64,000 nucleotides of DNA, taken from contig MCFE01000454.1 of NCBI GenBank assembly GCA_002104905.1, positions 1 through 64,000 of the forward strand. Reading direction: 5' to 3'. A program made the position numbers and the translations under genes. The notes below the pieces were generated by a model. The model did no database searches, was not told the origin of the DNA, and worked only from the letters and a program-made list of their open reading frames with translations. Shown in pieces: positions 11,917 to 23,046 of this stretch. Source of the stretch: Basidiobolus meristosporus CBS 931.73. Lineage: Eukaryota; Fungi; Basidiobolomycota. The number at the start of each line of letters is the position of its first letter. The stretch's first letter is position 1.

Positions 11917-12936
11917 ATGCCGCCAAAAAATAAAGCAAAGTTGTCTGGTTCTCAACTAAATGCCACTACTGATGGCAACAGAAGAACGGTTGGACAACAG
12001 CTTGCTTTGACATTCAGTACAACAAGCAGGGCTACATCCAAAAAAGGCCCTGTGGACAGTGTGCCCATTGAAGGTAATAATGCGGACTCCTCAGGCTCTC
12101 AGTCAAGTAGGCAATTGAGAACCTTGGCAGAGCCACAAGCTGACCGTTATGCTCTGTCAGATAAGAGTGTAGCAAACACAGTACCATCAGTAGAAGATCA
12201 CCAAGTGGCCATGATAACATCACTATCACCCATATTTGCAAGTATGTTGTCAGCTCATACCAAAGCATTAATGAAGCAATTTGATGCAGTGGCTGATAGG
12301 ATAGATGCAATGGCCCAGAGAAATCAGGAAGTAGTCCAGAAACAGGATGAGCAGATAATACATGTAGAGCAATCAATATCCCAGGTAGAGAAAGCAGTAT
12401 CTTTGCTGCAAAGAAGGAACTCAAGTAGCTCAATGTCACAGCCAAGAATTGAGCCATTTCCCAATGTAACAGCAGAGGAACACTGTACATTCTTTGAAGC
12501 ACAACTACAGTGCCCAAAGATAAAGCCCACAGAAAAACCTATCACAGCATGGGAGGGAGACAATGTGGTGATTATACCAAAGCCTAAAAACCAAAAGACA
12601 TTGAAGATCCGTGAAGCTGTTGAGTGCAATAATGAAGAGTGGGCTAATATACAAGAGGCCATCAGAAGTCTAGCATGCCATCACCTTAAGGCCGGCATAC
12701 CATGGGACCATCAGGAACTCAAGGCCAAGCAGAATGCACTTGACTTGTTCCATGAGCATTATCCTGGATTTAAATGGGCAAACAGATTTTGGGCCAGCAT
12801 TGGTATGCTAAGAAAGTATCTTAAGAATAGCAGAAACTATCAAAGGCAGAAGAACAAGGGTGCCATGGCTAAAAACCAGCGGCTTCCTCAAGAGCCCATT
12901 ACAAGCAGGGCCAAAAGCTCCAGACAAGCATCATAG
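11917..12936 (+). CDS. CACTA accessory (TnpA-like) protein; 339-aa open frame, probably originally extending to ~13993
   Basis: Uninterrupted ATG ORF with a low-complexity N-terminus, a coiled coil and a helical domain (EWANIQEAIRSLACHHL..W..Q..WASIGMLRKYLKNSRNY). A decayed homolog lies at 18449-19323 (-), in the same position relative to transposase copy D. Confidence 0.6.
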   Translation: MPPKNKAKLSGSQLNATTDGNRRTVGQQLALTFSTTSRATSKKGPVDSVPIEGNNADSSGSQSSRQLRTLAEPQADRYALSDKSVANTVPSVEDHQVAMITSLSPIFASMLSAHTKALMKQFDAVADRIDAMAQRNQEVVQKQDEQIIHVEQSISQVEKAVSLLQRRNSSSSMSQPRIEPFPNVTAEEHCTFFEAQLQCPKIKPTEKPITAWEGDNVVIIPKPKNQKTLKIREAVECNNEEWANIQEAIRSLACHHLKAGIPWDHQELKAKQNALDLFHEHYPGFKWANRFWASIGMLRKYLKNSRNYQRQKNKGAMAKNQRLPQEPITSRAKSSRQAS

Positions 12937-13300
12937 AGATGTCAGGCAGCTGTAAGAGTGCTAATTAAGGACAAGCAGGCAGACATGGATGCACCGGCAC
13001 AACATTTATGAAGGAAAAAGTGTAGTACCACTCAAGAAGCACCCAGTCAAAGTAGCAGTGATGGACCTGGCAGTGATAAAAGCCAGCCGCTTTACAGGAG
13101 CCCATCATAACTACGTTTGAGAGCTCAAAACAAGCTGAAAAGAAACGTCAGGTTGCCAGAAGAATGCCTGCAATGGACAAGAAGGCCAAAACAGATGCAT
13201 CAGAGCAGAACTCATGAAGGAGAAAATTTAGTTCTTTAGAAGAAGCACTCAGACAAAGTAGCAGTGAAAGACCTGGCAGTGATAAAGGAAAAGGTAAAGG
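12889..13300 (+). repeat. Diverged tandem duplication, period ~206 bp, in the 3' part of the accessory gene
   Basis: caagagcccat (12889) recurs as caggagcccat (~13095); gacctggcagtgataaa occurs at 13064 and 13270. Confidence 0.8.
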
Positions 13301-14794
13301 GAAAAATGTCTACCCAAGCCTGAGACAGTGAGGCATGCAAAAAAAACTGCAGTTCTTGCCAATCAACACCGCAAGCCAGGAACAGACTGAATCCCATCAT
13401 AGCCAAGAAGAGTTACCAACAAGAAAACAGCTGTTTTCACAAGAGCTGGAAGCGCAGCTAGTTGAGCTACACTCTAGCAAGGTACATGTGTTTGCTGAAA
13501 AAGGTAATTTGTCTACCACTGCCTCCACAGCCCCCACAGCCTCCATTGTTGACAGAGTGGAGATCCCACTGACAGACAAGGCTACAATGTCAAGAGCTCA
13601 AAAGACTATCACAATGCATTCAGTGGAGTTTTGGAACATTAAAAGACACACCAAGAGGTTACAGCACTTTTTCAAGAGCAGTGCTCAAGAAACACACTGG
13701 AATATTGCAAGAATTTATTGCGAAGACTGGCAGATGAGGAGCTAGACCTTGCAGTGCCAGCTGAAGACCAGGATGTGTGGGAACCAGTGAATGAACAGTG
13801 GCATAAAGCTGTTGGGTTCCTGCCAAAGTTGTGGAACCAGAGCATTACAGCAGAAATACTTATTGAGTGGTGGATTTTAATGGAGTTACTTGTTGAGTGT
13901 AGGGTTGGGCTTAAGGTTAGTGTAGGGTATAGAGACTTGTATAGGTCAATACAATTGGCAATTGAGGTACAACTGAATTTTCAATGGAAATAAATCAATT
14001 TGTATGCATGAAAAGTAAGAGAAACGGTTGAGTCAGGAAGTAAGGAGTGTGAAAAAGAGCCAATAGCCAACCAATTCACACAAACATAGGAGGCAATATA
14101 TGAGCAAATTGGCAGGGAACCAATCAACAGCCACTTATACATTGTAGTGCTGAAGAATTTTGACAAAGTTTTTTGTGAAATATGGGGTGCAAGTATTTTT
14201 CAATGGTCTCTGGACAGTGTCCTGACAAGATCAGTACCTCTGAGTTACGGGACATTAACTTTGTGACGGTCTTTTGACAGGATCATCTCAATAATTTTTC
14301 ATAGGGTATCAAGGCCAGTGTTTTGCCACACAACTCATGTTTGATCATTCACCAGTAACTACTGCACTAACAATATCTTGCCAGCCACTTGATACTTCTA
14401 TAATTGCACCTGGCCATACTTATCACCTTCCACAAACTGAGTCAGGTGAGTTTATGGCACCTTTAGGCCCACTGCAGCCTTCTGAATATGGCACATAGAG
14501 TGATAGCTCTGAAGAAACAGGCTTACTTATGGATAGTGAACCTATCTTCCCTAATAACAGTACCCTGCATGCACCTGACAGAATCCCATTATGCAACAAG
14601 ACAACACCTGTAAAAAAAAATACCTAGGATCCTTTATGGAGTCAAGTGAGCCCAGTAATCTATCAACTGGTGAATGATGTGGTGTTGTGGCTAGGGAAGT
14701 GGTGTGCTTCCACTAATATGAGCTATGGGGGCCTTGAGGACTTATTACCACTTGTTGCCAAAATCATTCTGGGATGCAGCCTACCATATACATG

Positions 14795-15185
14795 AGTTGT
14801 GTTCCATTGGATAGTGCCACATTAAGCCATGAGTGCCAAATGATGCCATAGTGTGCCAGAGGGGCCAAGTGAACCTATACTTGCCCACAGAGTGTGAATC
14901 ATAGCTCTGCATCTTCATACAAAGCTGTCCCTGTGTTTACCCATTGTGTTGGAGAAAATCCATTTTTTGACCTTTTTTTTAGGTTAATGTAGTGCAGGAT
15001 GTGTAAGAACACAAAAGGATTGAAGACATGCATCATAGGTGAAACATAGGGGCTGCTTTGCATATAGATGTGGAGCTATGTTTCACACTCTGTGGCCAAG
15101 TATAGGTTCACTTGGCCTCTCTGGCACACTATGGGATCATTTGGCACTCATAGCTCAATGTGGTACTATCCAACAGAACAAGTCT
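14795..15185. mobile_element. Foldback MITE (internally deleted), same TIR family as the PHIS element
   Basis: Left arm agttgtgttccattggatagtgccac..., right arm ...gtggtactatccaacagaacaagtct; flanks ATG and ATT. Absent from the homologous site in copy D (~20120). Confidence 0.82.
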
Positions 15186-16311
15186 ATTGTATAAATGGAC
15201 AAGCATCATGTGGCTAGCAACATATGACCCAGAGACTGTCCTGATACTTGCATGTGCTAACAGTTGCATGGTATTCACATTAGAAAATGCCACCATTGCA
15301 AGGTGTCCAACTTGTTAGGAATCTACCACCTTTGGGGGAAGACATTACTCACACTCCAGACATATTCCAGTAATACCCTATCTAAAGAAGCTCATGCAGT
15401 CCAACATATATTGTGAAGCTATATAGTACTGCACTCAGTACTGATCAAGAGCAAACATATCAAATATATACAATGGTAATCATTACAAACAGCTAAGAAG
15501 CAAGGGCTACTTTGATGGTATGTATGACCATGCCTTTGTCTTGGCACTTGATGGATTCTCATTAAACAGGTACTCTACCAGCAAATCCTGCTGGCCACTG
15601 ATTCTCATTAACCTGAATTTGCTACCTATTGTACAGTATCAGAGCAGGAATCTGATAGTAATCTCACTGGTATCTGGGCCTAAATCACTGCCCAACCTGG
15701 ATAGCTCCCTGTATCCATTGCTGAATGAATTTTGTATGCTTTCCAGCAGGATAACACTTAACAGCCATCATGTCAATTCCCATATTATTATCTGCATTGA
15801 AGATACCCCAGCCATCAGCAAGATGGCTGGCTTTTCTTGGCACAATGGATGGTACTATTGTCAAACATGTGAGATCTGGGGGACTTCCTCCAAAACTCAC
15901 ACACACTATTATTACCCAAACACCAACACAAAGAACGTCATCTTTCTGCAAAGAGAACATATAGAAGTCAGCATGCAATTGCAGCATATTGGGCAAGCTA
16001 TGAGCCATTGGCCAGAATATGAAATTAATTGGAAATCAGAGATACTTAAGATAAAGGGTATCTGCTGGAGCAAACGCTTTCTGCTGGGAGCAATGCACTT
16101 GCCTTTCAACAATATCCTTATACTGATGACCATGCTGTACATGCAACTTTTCAAGCAAAATAAGCCCTTTGAGATACTGTAGAAATTTGAAAGAATTGGC
16201 AAGATATTGCAGAGTATTTGCTACCCTAAGTACTTCTCACAGGCTGCAATCAACATTCATACATGTATGCAACAATACAAGTGCAAGGACTGGATGAACT
16301 GGATAGGTATT

Positions 16312-17042
16312 AGACTTCTTCCGTTGGATAGTGCCACATTGAGCCATGAGTGCAAAATAATGCCATAGTGTGCCAGAGAGGCCATGTGAGCCTATACCTG
16401 GCCACAGAGTGTGAAACATAGCTCTTCATCTTCATGCATAGCAGCCCCTGTGTTTCACCCATTGTGTTGGAGAAAATCCATTTTTTGACCTTTTTTGGAT
16501 CAATGTTGTGCAAGATGTGTAGGAGCACAAGCGGATTGAAGATATGCATCTGGTACTCAATACCCATGTCACTCTGAATCTAGCTCCTGTGGCTTGTGAC
16601 ATGTCACAAAAATGTACGGCACTGTCTTGGTCCACTGGTACTATATGGCACTATAAGTGCTTTGTATAGGTCTTACTTTAGGGCTAATATTTAAACATAG
16701 TGCCAGATAGTACCAGTGGACCAAGATAGTGCCGTACATTTTTGTGACATGTCACAAGCCACAGGAGCTAGATTCAGAGTGCCATGGGTATTGAGTACCA
16801 GATGCATATCTTCAGCTCTCCTGTGCTCTTACACATCCTGAGCTACATTGATCCACAAAAAAAGGGCAAAAAAAAGATTTTCTCTTGCGCAATGGGTGAA
16901 ACACAGGGGCTGCATTACATGAAAATGCAGAGCTATGTTTCACACTCTGTGGCCTAGTATAGGCTCACTTGGCCTCTCTGGCACACTATAGCATTATTTG
17001 GCACTCATAGCTCAATGTGGCACTATCCAATGGAACAAGTCT
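16312..17042. mobile_element. 731-bp foldback MITE (~345-bp inverted arms, 42-bp spacer), ATT TSD
   Basis: 16312-16654 is the near-perfect reverse complement of 16697-17042. ATT lies on both sides (16309-11, 17043-45). The empty site ctgg-N6-atttattcaagtgg is present in copies B and D. Confidence 0.92.
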
Positions 17043-18350
17043 ATTTATTCAAGTGGCCTTCTGAAGCCATTTCTACCAAGAGTACATCTGAAGCATTGGG
17101 AGTCAGATGTGGACATTGTAGGAATATTTATCTGGAAGTGGATAACCAATACCAACTTGACACATCTACAGCTTTTGTGCAAAGTGTTTGTGACTGGATT
17201 TGAGTAGCTTTACTATAATTGGAAAGCTGAATGCGTAGATCTCTACTGCTACTGTATCCATTTGCTACTCCATCTTGCTTGGTGTGTTGAGAATATTGGA
17301 CCTTGCTTTACCTTTTGAGAGTGTCCTATGGAGCAGAAGTGTGGGGAGATAGGAAGATGTGTCAAGCTGCAGGTACTACTATATCCCAATCTCATCAAGA
17401 ATGTTACCGTCAAGTCCATCATGTATGTGATGAGTTGGCACATGGAGAACAGCAAGGAAGAGTTGGAAAATACTGAGGACAGATGTGCACATGGATACAC
17501 TTATGCTTGTGGCATTAAGATGCTTAGCAGCCCCAATGTATGGGTAATTGGCTAAGTAATGTAAAGTTGGGTTGGTGCAACAAGTAACTAATTCTATCAG
17601 GAAAACTCTACCAAGGTATGCCGGATTTCTCTTGGTCACAGGCCAATTTCTACACAATTCAACATGGAATTCACACAAACAAAAGCCAGAGTGCACCTAT
17701 AAGGGGGACTAGAATTCAGCAGGGAGAAGGAATATATTGGCTAAATACCAAAAAGTTCTTTGCGGATATTCAGGAGATATTCATGGCAAAAGTGGTGGCA
17801 ACCAAGCATATGTTTGCAAGATGTATATGTTACCAGCAATACAAGGTATGTGGCAACTTTGCAAGCATCACACTAAAAAGCTGTAAATCTGATGCCATAG
17901 AAGTATGTCAATTGTGTCAGGTGTGCAGATATGTAGAAGTAGTAAGCAGAAGGCCATAGTATTTTGATTCAGAGTATATGTGGAATACCCAAGATAGTAG
18001 TAGGTTAGCAAATAAAGAGGGGTGATTCTACAGTGGAATATATGAATTGTGCAAGAGGAGGTAGAAAAGGAAACCCCATCTGGTAAATTGGTATGGGAGC
18101 ATTATACAAAACTAGCTGTAAGCCACTATACTGCCATAATAATGCCATCAGTGGCTTACAAAGAGTCCATCAAAACACTGTCAAGTTTTTTGCCATATAA
18201 GGCAATTGGATATACTGGCTGGTTAAATCCACTCAGATAGTTGTAAAGGGTGCTAAGACTGCAATAATGCCATGCCACCCTTGGCAAAACACTAAACAAA
18301 TGCTGTTATATTTTTCAACTTTATTTGGTTGTAAAATTAGCAAAATGCCA

Positions 18351-18466
18351 GAAGAGCAATGTTTCACACTGTGTGGCTGAATTTAGGTCTGCTATGCCTC
18401 TCTGGCACACAATGGCACTATTTGGCAGTCATAGCTCAATTTGGCACTCTACAACTGAACAAGTCT
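18351..18466. mobile_element. Single arm of the same foldback MITE family
   Basis: tgtttcacact...ggcacac...tagctcaat...gaacaagtct followed by AAT (18467-69). Confidence 0.75.
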
Positions 18467-18469
18467 AAT

Positions 18470-21400
18470 GCTCATACAACAGATCAAGCACATTCTGCAT
18501 AGCCTTGAGTTCCTGATGATCCCATGGTATGCCAGCCTTGATATGATGCTAGCTAGATTTCTTACAGCCTTTTGAATATTAGCCCACTCTTCCTCATTGC
18601 ACTCAACAGCTTCATGAAACCTCAATGCGCTCAGCTTTATAGTATTGGGTATAGGTATCACAGTCACTACCTTTCCTGCTGTGATGGATTCTCAGTGGGC
18701 ATTATGTTTGGGCACTGTACTTGTGCTTCAAAGACTATGTGGTGCTCCTCTGCTGTTATATTGTGAAATGGCGCATTTCTTGGCTGTGATACTGAGTGAC
18801 TAGAGTTCCTTCTTTGCAGCCTGAACACTGAATTCTCCACCAAGCATATTAAATGCTCCACACATATTATCCACTCATCCTGCCTCTGGGATACTTCCTG
18901 ATCTCTCCAGGCTATTGTGTCTATCCTATTAGCCACTGCACCCAATTGCATCCTTGATGCTTTGGTATGAGCTGACAACATACTTGTTAATACTGGTGGT
19001 GATCTTTTGATGGCCATTTGCTACTTTTCTACCAGAGGTGCTGTGTCTGCTGCATTCTAATCAGCCAAAGCATTATGATCAGCTTGCAGATCTGCAGAGA
19101 TTCTCAATTGCCTACTTGACTGAGAGCCTGAGAAGTCCATATTATTACCTTTAGGAGGGACACTTTTGGCATGGTCTTTTCTAGATGTTGCCCTGCTTGT
19201 TGCACTACATCTCAGAGCATGCTGTTGTCCAACCATTTCTCTGCTGTTGTTTGCAGTGGGGCTTGATTGGGAACCAGACCACTTTGCTGTATTTTTGGTA
19301 GCATAGATGTGGAAGTGAGCCAAACCAAATGGGAGGTAGTGTTACACATACATGTGTAGGTGGTGCCATGGCTTTATTTATAATGCAAACCAAGGTGAGG
19401 AATAATTGAATCTTACATTCAAGTAGGTGCAATATCTCAAATACAAAACTGTCTTAAATTTGCATCAGTATTGACATAAAAATGATTTGATAGCATTATG
19501 CTGTTAAGTGACAAGCTGTTTGCCCCTAGGACAAGACTACTTTGACTCAAAGCCTTAAGAGATAGGAAAAACATCCATGTGGCTATTGTAGTAAGCCTCT
19601 TGGCCATGAGGTATGCAGAGGGAATAGGGAGTACTCTAAGGATCATGGCCAGTATTTTGCCACAGAAGTCATATCTGAGCCTTCATTAGTCACTACTGTA
19701 CCAACCAAATCTTGCCAGCCACTTGATACTTCAATAATGGCACTCAGCCATACTTGCCACCTTGCATACCCTCATTCAGGTGAACTTGTGACACCTTTTG
19801 GCTCACCTTAGCCTTCTGAATATGGCCCATAGATTGATAGCCTGGAAGAAAAAGGCTCACTGATTGATTGTGAGCTATCTCCTCTCACAACAGCATCCTG
19901 CATGAGCCTGGCAAATTCCTAATGTGCTATGGGACAACACTTGTGGGAGAAAAAGCCAAGCACACTTTAGGGGGTCAAGTGGGCTCAGTAATCCATCTAC
20001 TGGTGAATGATGCAATGTTGTGGCTAGAGAAGTGGTGTACTTCCCCTAATATTGGTAATGGGGGCTTGAGGATTTACTGCAACTTCTTGCCAAAATCATT
20101 CCAGAATGCAACTTACCATGCACTAAGTATAAGTGGAAACTGTCATGCAGCTGGTGATACATGACCCAGAGACCATCCTGATACAAGCATGTGCTAACAG
20201 TTACATGGCATCACATCAGAAAATGCCATCATTGCAAAGTGTCTAACTTGTCATGAATCTACCATCACAGGAGGAAAACATTGTTCAAACTCTGGATATA
20301 CTCCAGTAATACCCCATCTGAAGAAGCTCATTCAGTTCAACAAATACTGCAAAGTTTTAAAGTACTGCCCTCAGTTTCAATAAAGCATAAGCATTTCCAG
20401 TATATTTGATGGCAATATTACAAGTAACTAAGAAGTAAGGGCTACTCTAATGGTATGTATTGCTGTAAATATCTTGGAGATATTGGAAGTGATTGGGAGA
20501 GCAAGTATATTTTGCCTTGGCACTTGATGGATTTCCACTTAGCAAGTACTTTACCAGCATATTATGCTGGCTACTGACCCTCATCAACCTGAATCTGCTG
20601 CCAATCTTACAGTATCAGAGCAAATATCTGATGGTAGCCTCACTGGTATCCAGATCTATATCACTGTCCAGCCTGGATAGCTACCTATACCCATTGCTGG
20701 AAGAATTTTGTATGCTATCCAGTGGGGTACTAGTAAATGACTGTCATTTCAAAGTGCATGTTATTATCTGCATTGGAGATACCCCAGCCATCAGCAAGAA
20801 ATCAGGCTTTTCTGGGCACAATTGAGAGTATTGGTGTCAAATATGTGAGATCCAGGGTATTTGCTCCATAGGTCAAACACATCATTATTATCCAAACACT
20901 AATATTAAGAACACCATCTTACCACAGAGAGAACATACAGAAGTTAGTATGCAATTGCAGCAAATTGGGCAAGTAATAAGCCATTAGCCAGAATATGGAA
21001 TTATTCAAAAGCTGGAGTTACTGAAGATAGAGGGAATCTGTTTGGGCAAAAGCTTTCCACTGGGAGCATTGCATTTGCTCTTTGACAACATCCCTCTAGA
21101 AATGACCAAATTGTAGTTGGGGCATTTTAAGCTGAATGAGCCCTTTGAGATACCGGAAAATTTTGAAAGAATTGGCAAGATATTACAGAGTATCTGCTAC
21201 TCATAGTATTTTGCACAAGCTCCAATCAATATTCATATGCATATGCAACAATACACATGCAAGTACTGGATGAACTGGTTATGCATTTATTCAAGTGGCT
21301 GTCTGGAGCCATTTCTACCAAGTGTACATTGGAAGCATTGGAAGTCACATGCTGACATTGTAGGAATATTCATCCAGAAGCAGATCACCAATACCAACTT

Positions 21401-21775
21401 GATGCATCTACAGCTTTTATGTGGGGAGTTTGTGATGGGATTTGAGTGGCTATACTACAAGCATAGAGCTGAATGTGTAGATCTCTGCTGCTACTGCAAC
21501 CATTCTCTACTCCATCTGGCTTGGTGTGTGGAGAATATTGGGCCTTGCTTCACCTTTTAGGAGTTTCCTATGGAGCAGATGTGTGGGGAGATAGGAAGAC
21601 CAGTCAAGTTGCAAGTACCACCATATCCTGGTCTCATCAAGAATATTACCTTCAAGTCTGTCATGGATGTGATGAGCTGGCACATGGAGGACAGCCAGGA
21701 AGAGTTGGAAAATAATGAGGACAGATGTGCACATGGAGACACCTATACCTTTGGTGTTAAGAAGCTAAGCAGCCC
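18470..21775 (+). mobile_element. CACTA/EnSpm-like element, copy D: decayed accessory gene (-, ~18470-19330) and decayed transposase (+, ~19500-21775)
   Basis: 18449-19323 fragments are homologous to 11917-12936. ~19400-19900 matches the reverse complement of ~11350-11830. Motifs ALALDGFPL..LINLNL, IGDTPAISKKSGFSGHN and EFPMEQMCG are present. Confidence 0.88.
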
Positions 21776-22030
21776 CAATATATTTAGAAAGGTCCCAAGT
21801 ACCATTGTGACAGTTTTGGAGTGATTGGAAGTGATTGGGAGAACAAGTGGATCATGTGGTTTTTCATGTCATTGTTTATTGAATGTAAAAGTAGCATTTA
21901 CACTTTTACATGGGCTTGGGGAAAACAAACATATGGAACATACTTAGGAAGGTCCCAAGAACATGTGTGCAGAGTTTGGGGCTGTTTAACCACTTATCAA
22001 AAACTCATGTTTTATTTGTGAAGGGGGCAT
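21776..22030. repeat. Unclassified dispersed repeat, homologous to 55110-55310
   Basis: ttggaagtgattggga..aacaagt..aatgtaaaagt..aaggtcccaag..catgtgtgc..agtttggggctgttt is shared with 55110-55305. A ~50-bp piece also lies at ~20460-20510. Confidence 0.8.
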
Positions 22031-22158
22031 TTTGAGAACCTACATCGACCATGAGCCAGGTCACCAAGAGGAAAAACTATAATACAGGGAAAAGAACTGC
22101 GGGCGCAGGATGGTTCAGATGTAGCCCCCCCCCCTCTTCTTCGAATCATGTTGCATAG

Positions 22159-23046
22159 TCACCACGCTGTGTAGCCACCATCGATGACGATGTCGGAACC
22201 GGTGCAGAAGGCACTGGCCTCCGAGGCGAGCCATATGGTGGCCCCGCATAGCTCATCCGGTGCTCCCAATCTACCTTGTGGGGTGCGCTGACACCACTCC
22301 TGGAAGAGGGTGCGGAAGGAGCGGTTCAGGGCCGTCTCCATGTAGCCGGGGGAGATGGCGTTGCATCGGATCCCATAGGCCGCCCACTCGGCGGCCAGCG
22401 ACTTCATCAGGTGCTTCACCCCGGCCTTGGAGGCGTTATAGGCGCACTGGGGCTGGGGCCAATTCACGATGGTGCCCGACATGGAGGCGATGAAGATGAT
22501 GCTACCGCCTCGTTTCCGGGCGATCATGTGACGACCGCAGGCCTGCGACACGAGGAAGGATCCGTTGAGGTTGATGTCGACCACCCGACGGAATTTCTCC
22601 GCCGGGTACTCCTCGGCCTTCACCAGGTCGGCCACCCCGGCCGAGTTGACCAGGATGTCCACCGAGCCGAAGTCCCGTACGACGGCGTCGATCACCTCGT
22701 TCACCGAGGTCTCGTTGGTGACGTCCACCTTGTAGAATTTCCCCTGCAGGGAGTAGAGGGAGCGAAGCTTGGTGACCGCCTCTTGGCCAACACTTTCCTG
22801 TAGGTCAAGTATGGCGACCGCCTTGAGGCCAACCGAGCAGAGCCCCTCCGCCATGCAGTACCCCAGGCCACCGGCCCCGCCGGTGATCACCGCGACCTTC
22901 CCGTCGCATCGGAACATGGACAGGTAATCCTTTGGAGTGGTGTGGGGAGGATAGCGGGCGTTGGATTCGGCCAACGCGGTGGCGACTTCTTCGGTGGTTG
23001 GTGGGGTGGGCACGACCGCGACGTGTTTGACTGCCTCGGGGTCCAT
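22159..23046 (-). CDS. Short-chain dehydrogenase/reductase (sorbose reductase / D-arabinitol 2-dehydrogenase-like), 295 aa, intronless
   Basis: TGGAGGLG cofactor motif, NSAG, SMSG, YNASK catalytic motif, VNWPQPQCAYN and C-terminal DGGYTAW, typical of fungal polyol SDRs. Confidence 0.93.
   Translation of the reverse strand: MDPEAVKHVAVVPTPPTTEEVATALAESNARYPPHTTPKDYLSMFRCDGKVAVITGGAGGLGYCMAEGLCSVGLKAVAILDLQESVGQEAVTKLRSLYSLQGKFYKVDVTNETSVNEVIDAVVRDFGSVDILVNSAGVADLVKAEEYPAEKFRRVVDINLNGSFLVSQACGRHMIARKRGGSIIFIASMSGTIVNWPQPQCAYNASKAGVKHLMKSLAAEWAAYGIRCNAISPGYMETALNRSFRTLFQEWCQRTPQGRLGAPDELCGATIWLASEASAFCTGSDIVIDGGYTAW

Larger units (their letters stand above)
5718..13993 (-). mobile_element. CACTA/EnSpm-like (tnp2/Transposase_21) element, copy A/B, split by the PHIS insertion at 7046-10327
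   Basis: Transposase fragments on the minus strand at ~11694-10328 (N-terminal CxxC..H; ALALDGFSLNKYPSSKSYWPLILINLNLPP..SGPK; IGDTPAISKIAGFS) resume at 7045-6250 (region homologous to EFPMEQMCG of copy D). Divergent accessory gene on the plus strand from 11917. Element termini not identified. Confidence 0.85.
14300..18348 (+). mobile_element. CACTA/EnSpm-like transposase, copy C (5'-truncated, carrying two MITE insertions)
   Basis: ORF 15520-16182 (LALDGFSLNRY..WPLILINLNL..SGPKSLPNLDS.LYPLL..EDTPAISKMAGFS.HNG) and downstream fragments to ~17960, followed by the same 3' segment as at 1-1120. Confidence 0.88.

Noticed and set aside
13994-14300. Possible CACTA terminal inverted repeat
   Set aside because: No matching partner end could be found in the window, so termini are not called.
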